Shown piece by piece: positions 58,166-64,000 of a stretch of 64,000 nucleotides of DNA. Made by a program: the position numbers and the translations under genes. The notes beneath the pieces were generated by a model, which saw only the letters and a list, made by a program, of their open reading frames with translations, was not told the DNA's origin and did no database searches. Source of the DNA: an uncultured delta proteobacterium. GTDB lineage: Bacteria > Desulfobacterota > Desulfobaccia > Desulfobaccales > 0-14-0-80-60-11. The stretch covers positions 1,312,001 to 1,376,000 of the forward strand of contig CAWETI010000002.1 in the NCBI GenBank assembly GCA_963812015.1. Direction: 5' to 3'. The first letter of the stretch is position 1; every line of letters begins with the position of its first letter.

Positions 58166-61100
58166 ATGCACTTCACCGAGCTCTTCATCCGCCGGCCGAT
58201 CATGACCACCCTGGTCATGCTGTCCATCCTGATCTTCGGGGCCATGAGCTATCGCTACCTGCCGGTGAGCGATCTGCCCAACGTCGACTTTCCAACCATC
58301 CTGGTTTCCGCCAGCCTGCCCGGGGCTTCGCCTGAGACCATGGCCTCCGCAGTGGCCACCCCGCTGGAACGCCAGTTCTCCACCATCGCCGGTCTGGACA
58401 ACCTGAGTTCCACTAACGCCCTGGGGCTCAGCCAGATCACCCTGCAATTCGCCTTGAGCCGGAGCATTGACGCCGCGGCCCAGGACGTCCAGGCCGCCAT
58501 CGCCAAGGCCGGAGCCCAACTTCCCCCGGAAATGCCCACCCCCCCCACCTATATGAAGGTGAATCCGGCGGACCAACCGGTTCTCTACCTGGCCGTAAGT
58601 TCGGATACCCTGCCGCTGTCCACCGTGGATGAATACGGCGAAACTCTGATGGCGCAGCGGATCTCCATGGTGGACGGGGTGGCCCAGGTCCAGGTGTTCG
58701 GTCCCCAAAAGTATGCGGTGCGCATCCAACTGGACCCCAAGGCCCTGGCCAGCCGGGGCCTCGGCATCAACGAGGTGGGGGATGCGGTTAAGAACCAAAA
58801 CGTCAATCTGCCCACGGGGACCCTGTACGGCACCCACAAGGCCGTTACGGTCCAGGCCACGGGCCAGCTCACCAATGCGGCGGCGTACCGGCCCGTGATC
58901 GTGGCCTACCGGAACGGCCAACCCGTGCGCCTGGCGGACCTGGGCCAGGTGCTCAACAGCGTCGAGACTGATAAGATCGCCTCCTGGTATAAGAACTCCC
59001 GGGCCATTATTTTGGCCATCCAGCGCCAGCCCGGCACCAATACCATCCAGGTGGTGGACTCCATTAAGAAAATTTTCCCCACCTTGAGGAACCAGATTCC
59101 GGCGTCGGTGAATATCGATACGCTGTATGACCGCTCCGCCACCATCCGGGAATCGGTGAACGACGTCCAGTTCACCCTGCTGTTGGCCCTGGGTCTGGTG
59201 ATCCTGGTGATCTTCCTCTTCCTGCGCAACCTCTCCGCCACCGTCATCCCCAGCCTGGCGCTGCCCATGTCAATCGTGGGCACGTTCTCCGTCATGTATC
59301 TGCTGAACTACAGCCTGGACAACCTCTCCTTGATGGCCCTGATCCTGGCGGTGGGCTTCGTGGTGGACGACGCCATCGTGGTGCTGGAAAACATCGTGCG
59401 GCACATGGAGATGGGGGAGAAGCCCTTTGCGGCGGCCCTCAAGGGTTCCCGGGAAATCGGTTTCACCATCCTGTCTATGACCCTGTCTCTGGCCGCGGTC
59501 TTTATCCCGGTGTTTTTCATGGGGGGCATCCTGGGGAGGCTGCTGCACGAGTTCGCGGTGACCATCGTGGCCGCCATCCTGATGTCCGGCCTGGTCTCCC
59601 TGACCCTCACCCCCATGCTGTGCAGCCGCTTCTTGAGGCCGCCCCGGGAAGAGCAGCATGGCCGCCTTTACCTGCTGACGGAGCGGTTTTTTGACGGCAT
59701 GCTCCGGCTCTATGAGTCAACCCTCCAATGGGTGCTCAGGCACCGGCGAAGCACCATGGCGGTTTCCGCCGTGCTCCTGATCATCACCTTCGTGCTCTTC
59801 GGCATCATGGGCAAGGGCTTCCTGCCCAGCGAAGACACGGGCTCCGTCTTTGCCTTCACCGAAGCCGCGGAGGGTATTTCTTTCGAGGCCATGGTGCGGG
59901 AACAAAAGGCGCTGGCAGCCATTGTCGCCAAGAATCCTTACGTGGACAACTGGATGTCCAGCGTCGGGGCCGGCGGCCCCAACGTGGCGGGCAATACCGG
60001 GCGCATTTTCATCCGCCTCATTCCCCGGAACAAGAGGCCGGGGGTGGATGAAATTATCCAGCAGTTGCGGGTCCAACTGTCCACGGTCCCGGGCATCCGG
60101 GTCTACCCGCAGAACCTCCCTCCCATTCGTATTGGCGGCATGCTGACCAAGGGCCTGTACCAGATCACCCTGCAAAGCCCGGACATTGATGAACTCTATA
60201 AATATGCCCCTTTGCTCCAGGACAAGGTCCGGACCTTGCCGGGGCTGGTGGATGTGAACAGCGATCTCCAGATCAAGAACCCCCAGGTGAACGTGTTGAT
60301 CAACCGGGACAAGGCGGCCACCCTGGGAGTTTCGGCCCAGCAGATCGAGGACGCCCTCTACTATGCCTACGGCTCCCGGCAAATCTCCACCATCTACGCT
60401 CCGAATAATGAGTATCAGGTCATCATGGAGTTGGATCCCCGGTATCAGATGGACCCCACAGCCCTGCAATGGCTGTACGTGAGGTCCAATAGCGGGCAAC
60501 TGGTGCCATTGGATGCATTAGCGAATTTAACCCAGACCCTGGGGCCCCTCACCATCAACCATGCGGGTCAGTTGCCCGCGGTGACCATCTCCTTCAATCT
60601 GAAACCCGGGACGGCTTTGGGCGATGCCGTGGCCGAAGTGCAAAAACTGGCCCGCCAGATGCTGCCGGCCACCATCACCCCCAACTTCCAGGGGGCGGCC
60701 CAGGCCTTCCAGGCCTCCATGCAGGGTCTGTGGCTGCTGCTGATCATGTGCATCCTGGTGATCTACATGATCCTGGGTATCCTGTACGAGAGCTTCATCC
60801 ACCCGGTGACCATCCTGTCGGGGCTGCCCTCCGCCGGCGTGGGGGCCCTGCTGGCCCTGCTGCTGTTCCACATGGACCTGGACATCTATGCCTTCGTGGG
60901 GATAATCATGCTGGTGGGGATCGTCAAGAAAAACGCCATCATGATGATCGACTTCGCCCTGGAAGCCCAGCGCACCGAAGGCAAAAGCCCCCTGGAGGCC
61001 ATTTACTCCGGGGCCCTGGTCCGCTTCCGGCCGATTATGATGACCACCATGGCAGCTCTCATGGGGGCGCTGCCCATCGCCCTGGGGTTGGGGGCCGGAG

Positions 61101-61288
61101 CCGAATCCCGCCGGCCCCTGGGCATCTCGGTGGTGGGCGGCCTCTTGGTCTCCCAGCTCCTCACCCTCTACATCACTCCGGTCTTTTACCTCTATATGGA
61201 ATCTTTCCAGAAGAAGATGGGCAAGCTGTTTAAGCGGCGGCGCCCGGAGGGCGTGGTTGGCCAGGAAGCGGAGGGGCCCGGGGCTTAA
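58166..61288 (+). CDS. RND efflux transporter (MdtB/MdtC-like)
   Basis: FIRRPIMTTL, GFVVDDAIVV, GIVKKNAIMMIDFAL, RFRPIMMTT; 1040 aa. Confidence 0.96.
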   Translation: MHFTELFIRRPIMTTLVMLSILIFGAMSYRYLPVSDLPNVDFPTILVSASLPGASPETMASAVATPLERQFSTIAGLDNLSSTNALGLSQITLQFALSRSIDAAAQDVQAAIAKAGAQLPPEMPTPPTYMKVNPADQPVLYLAVSSDTLPLSTVDEYGETLMAQRISMVDGVAQVQVFGPQKYAVRIQLDPKALASRGLGINEVGDAVKNQNVNLPTGTLYGTHKAVTVQATGQLTNAAAYRPVIVAYRNGQPVRLADLGQVLNSVETDKIASWYKNSRAIILAIQRQPGTNTIQVVDSIKKIFPTLRNQIPASVNIDTLYDRSATIRESVNDVQFTLLLALGLVILVIFLFLRNLSATVIPSLALPMSIVGTFSVMYLLNYSLDNLSLMALILAVGFVVDDAIVVLENIVRHMEMGEKPFAAALKGSREIGFTILSMTLSLAAVFIPVFFMGGILGRLLHEFAVTIVAAILMSGLVSLTLTPMLCSRFLRPPREEQHGRLYLLTERFFDGMLRLYESTLQWVLRHRRSTMAVSAVLLIITFVLFGIMGKGFLPSEDTGSVFAFTEAAEGISFEAMVREQKALAAIVAKNPYVDNWMSSVGAGGPNVAGNTGRIFIRLIPRNKRPGVDEIIQQLRVQLSTVPGIRVYPQNLPPIRIGGMLTKGLYQITLQSPDIDELYKYAPLLQDKVRTLPGLVDVNSDLQIKNPQVNVLINRDKAATLGVSAQQIEDALYYAYGSRQISTIYAPNNEYQVIMELDPRYQMDPTALQWLYVRSNSGQLVPLDALANLTQTLGPLTINHAGQLPAVTISFNLKPGTALGDAVAEVQKLARQMLPATITPNFQGAAQAFQASMQGLWLLLIMCILVIYMILGILYESFIHPVTILSGLPSAGVGALLALLLFHMDLDIYAFVGIIMLVGIVKKNAIMMIDFALEAQRTEGKSPLEAIYSGALVRFRPIMMTTMAALMGALPIALGLGAGAESRRPLGISVVGGLLVSQLLTLYITPVFYLYMESFQKKMGKLFKRRRPEGVVGQEAEGPGA

Positions 61289-61351
61289 CCGCGCCCCAAC
61301 GCTCCAATCCTCCGTGATTTGATCGTCAATTAAATGGATTGTCTGGGCCTG

Positions 61352-61389
61352 GACGCGGCAGGGGCGGTTCGAGAACCGCCCCTGCGTCA
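61352..61389. repeat. REP-like hairpin between convergent genes
   Basis: GCAGGGGCGGTTC-ga-GAACCGCCCCTGC perfect stem. Confidence 0.6.
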
Positions 61390-61425
61390 TTCTGCCCGAC
61401 GAATCGACTGCTGGCGGGATATGTG

Positions 61426-62424
61426 CTAACAAATCCGGGGCAGCATATCCCCCGAAGGTGCGTCCAGGATGCGGGCGGTGCCGATGACGGTGCGGACCTG
61501 GACCCGGCCGGGGGGCGCCTCGCTCACCCGGCCGATGACCCGGGCCGCCTCCCCGTAAGGGCTGCGCCGGATGATGAACAGGGCCTTGGCCGCGTCTTCG
61601 GGGGCCACTATGATGAGCATCTTGCCTTCGTTGGCCACCTGGAAGACGTCCAGGCCCAGGGCCTCGCAGGCCGCGGCCACGGCGGGCTGCACCGCAACCC
61701 GGGCCTCGATGATTTCCATAGAGACCTGGGATTGGCGGGCGATTTCGTTCAAAGCCGCGGCGATCCCCCCCCGGGTGGGGTCACGCATGGCGTGGATTTC
61801 GCAGCCTTCCTCCAGCAGGTTCAGGACGAGCCCGGTGAGGGGGGCGGCGTCGCTGGCGATGGTTTCGCCCTCCAGGAGCTTTTCCCGGGCCAGCATCACC
61901 GCGGTGCCGTGATCACCCACTGACCCGGTGAGGATGATCTCATCCCCGGGGAGGGCGGCGGCCCCGGAGACGCCGGGGCGCAGGACCAGCCCCACCCCGG
62001 CGGTGGTGATGAAGACCTTGTCGGCGGAGCCTTTGGGCACCACCTTGGTGTCCCCGGTGACGATGGCGACCCCGGCTTCGGCCGCGGTGGCGCGCATGGA
62101 CTCGGCAATGACCCTCAAGGTGTCGATTTCCAGGCCCTCCTCCAGGATGAAGGACGCGGATAGCACCAGGGGCCGGGCCGCGGCGGTGAGCAGATCGTTT
62201 ACCGTGCCCGCCACCGCCAGCCGGCCGATGTCGCCGCCGGGAAAAAAGAGGGGGTCCACCACGAAGGAGTCGGTGGTAAAGGCGAGCCGGTGGGAGCCCA
62301 GCAAGACCGTGGCGCTGTCGTCGCCCACTCGATTGGGGTCGCCATACCGGGCTAAAAAGACCTCGTCGATGAGCGCCGTCATCTCCCGGCCGCCGGCCCC
62401 GTGACTGAGCAAGATTCGTGACAT
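61426..62424 (-). CDS. hypE: Hydrogenase maturation carbamoyl dehydratase HypE
   Basis: SHGAGG, FTTDSFVVDPLFFPGGDIG, GDTKVV, RDPTRGG, ANEG, C-terminal PRIC. Confidence 0.97.
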   Translation of the reverse strand: MSRILLSHGAGGREMTALIDEVFLARYGDPNRVGDDSATVLLGSHRLAFTTDSFVVDPLFFPGGDIGRLAVAGTVNDLLTAAARPLVLSASFILEEGLEIDTLRVIAESMRATAAEAGVAIVTGDTKVVPKGSADKVFITTAGVGLVLRPGVSGAAALPGDEIILTGSVGDHGTAVMLAREKLLEGETIASDAAPLTGLVLNLLEEGCEIHAMRDPTRGGIAAALNEIARQSQVSMEIIEARVAVQPAVAAACEALGLDVFQVANEGKMLIIVAPEDAAKALFIIRRSPYGEAARVIGRVSEAPPGRVQVRTVIGTARILDAPSGDMLPRIC

Positions 62425-62450
62425 GGTGGGTCACATCCTTTCAGGATAGT

Positions 62451-62578
62451 GGGGGAGGGCCGGGGGAAGTCAATTCCCCCGCCCTCCCCCACACCCCCTC
62501 CCAACCCCCCGAAAAGGGTTGGGGGAGGGAGTTTGAGGGAGGGGGCAGGGACTCGCGTCCCTGGCCCCCTCCCTCAAT
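62451..62578. repeat. C/G-tract multi-hairpin intergenic repeat (full-length copy)
   Basis: Three consecutive G/C hairpins; same family as 6025-6128 and 49698-49802. Confidence 0.75.
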
Positions 62579-62590
62579 TTCATTCACCAT

Positions 62591-63679
62591 TCATCTTTCA
62601 TATCGGTACGCCGCGGCGCAGGCGCCTTCGGTGGAAACCATGCAGGGGCCCAGGGGTTGGGCCGGGGTGCATTTTGCCGCGAACAGGGGGCATTCCGCCG
62701 GGCGCAGGACGCCCCGGAGGACCTCGCCGCAACGGCAGGGCGACGGCGGCGGCAGGGTGAGGCCTTCCCAAACCTGGGGAAACCGGGCCCGGGCGTCGAA
62801 CCGGGCGTAGGACTCGCGAATTCTGACGCCGCTGCCGGGGATGACTCCCAGGCCCCGCCACGGGGCGTCGTCGGGCGCGAACACCTCCGCCAGTAACTCC
62901 CGGGCCCGGCGGTTGGCCGGCACCTGTACCGCCCGGGTATAGACGTTGTCCACGATGGCCTGACCTGCCTTAATTTGCCGCAGAATCGATTCGATTCCCA
63001 ACAGCATGTCCACGGGCTCAAAGCCCGTGACCGCGCAGGGAAGGCCGAATTGCGCAGGGATGAAATCGTAGGCCGCGGCCCCGATGATGGTGGTGACGTG
63101 GCCGGGGCAGAGCAGTCCGGAGACCCGCACCTCGCCGCTGGCCAGGAGCGCCTTGAGGGCGGCGGGCATGGTCTTGTGAACGCACCAGACGGAGAAATTA
63201 TCCAGGCCATAGCGGGCCGCGGTCTGGATGGCCAGGGCGGTGGCGGGCATGGTAGTTTCAAAGCCCACCCCGAAGAACACCAGGTGTTTCTCCGGCGTCT
63301 GGCGGGCCAGTTCCACCGCATCCAGAGGCGAGTAAACCACCCGCACCTCGGCCCCCTGAGCCCGCAGGCCTTCCAGGGAGATATGGGTGCCGGGCACCCG
63401 GAGCATGTCGCCGAAGGAGGCCAGGACGATATGAGGTTCCTGCCCCAGGGCCAGGAAGGCGTCCAGGTCCACCTGGTCGGTGACGCACACCGGGCAGCCG
63501 GGGCCGGAAATGAGCTGCACCTGAGGGGGCAGGAGGGATTTGAGGCCGAAGCGGGCCGCGGCCATGGTGTGGGTGCCGCAGACCTCCATGACGGTGGCGG
63601 GACCGCTATCCAGGGCCGCCAGGCGTCGGGCCAGGTCCTTTACCAGGGTCTGGTCCCGGAACTCGTCAATAAACTTCAT
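62591..63679 (-). CDS. hypD: Hydrogenase maturation protein HypD
   Basis: MEVCGTHT, SGPGCPVCV, GFETT, PGHV, CMVSTEGACAA. Confidence 0.97.
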   Translation of the reverse strand: MKFIDEFRDQTLVKDLARRLAALDSGPATVMEVCGTHTMAAARFGLKSLLPPQVQLISGPGCPVCVTDQVDLDAFLALGQEPHIVLASFGDMLRVPGTHISLEGLRAQGAEVRVVYSPLDAVELARQTPEKHLVFFGVGFETTMPATALAIQTAARYGLDNFSVWCVHKTMPAALKALLASGEVRVSGLLCPGHVTTIIGAAAYDFIPAQFGLPCAVTGFEPVDMLLGIESILRQIKAGQAIVDNVYTRAVQVPANRRARELLAEVFAPDDAPWRGLGVIPGSGVRIRESYARFDARARFPQVWEGLTLPPPSPCRCGEVLRGVLRPAECPLFAAKCTPAQPLGPCMVSTEGACAAAYRYER

Positions 63680-63887
63680 CGGCCAGACTCCGGAGGAAGG
63701 TGAGGGTTTCCTCGGCATGCTCGGCATCCACCCGGGCAATGGCCAGTCCGGCGTGAATGAGCACGTAATCCCCCAGGACCGCCTCGGGGAGCAGATCGAG
63801 GCGCACCGCGCGGGTCACCCCATCCACTTCGGCCACAGCGGAGACCCCGTCGATTTCAATGAGACGCATGGGAATGGCAAGGCACAT
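63666..63887 (-). CDS. hypC: Hydrogenase chaperone HypC
   Basis: MCLAIP, GDYVLIHAG.AI. Confidence 0.97.
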   Translation of the reverse strand: MCLAIPMRLIEIDGVSAVAEVDGVTRAVRLDLLPEAVLGDYVLIHAGLAIARVDAEHAEETLTFLRSLADEVY

Positions 63888-64000
63888 AATAGAATCCTGT
63901 TTAACAGATTTATCTGGTTTTAAAAAGATAAGATCTTTTTAAAACGAGGGAGAAAAGGGTAAAAGGCGAAAAGGGAAAAAAGGAAAAGAAAGAGAGAATC

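Noticed and set aside
1..64000. CRISPR array, tRNA/rRNA, prophage, integrase or transposase
   Set aside because: No regularly spaced repeat-spacer units, no tRNA cloverleaf with a T-loop, and no ORFs with such motifs were seen

Overview
GC-rich, gene-dense bacterial chromosomal window. The gene content is consistent with an anaerobic deltaproteobacterium (Desulfobacterota); this is inference only. Contents in order: ndk; a stand-alone EF-G paralogue; a NUDIX hydrolase; an uncharacterised locus (two paralogous ~55-60 aa ESHACGPK-motif proteins, one missing from the ORF track, plus a degenerate metallophosphoesterase and a divergent Cys-motif protein); pabA-pabB-pabC; a HIT protein; threonine dehydratase; an aminotransferase; DciA; an LD-carboxypeptidase; resB-ccsA; a GcvH-like protein lacking the canonical lipoyl-Lys; three USP genes (one frameshifted); PAS-phoB-phoR and pstSCAB-B'; corA; a peroxiredoxin; MerR-TPR; DUF488; YbhB; an SH3 lipoprotein; a K+ channel-like protein; a secreted TPR-CHAT protease; a complete A/V-type ATPase operon with an inserted GNAT gene and a probable ATC-start F subunit; an ABC-2 exporter; an RND pair; and hypC-hypD-hypE. 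I found no tRNA, rRNA, CRISPR array, transposase or prophage. Many intergenic gaps carry palindromic repeats of several families, and four of these are nested inside TA-bounded inverted-repeat shells. Family assignments rest on motif recognition by eye; no database searches were run.
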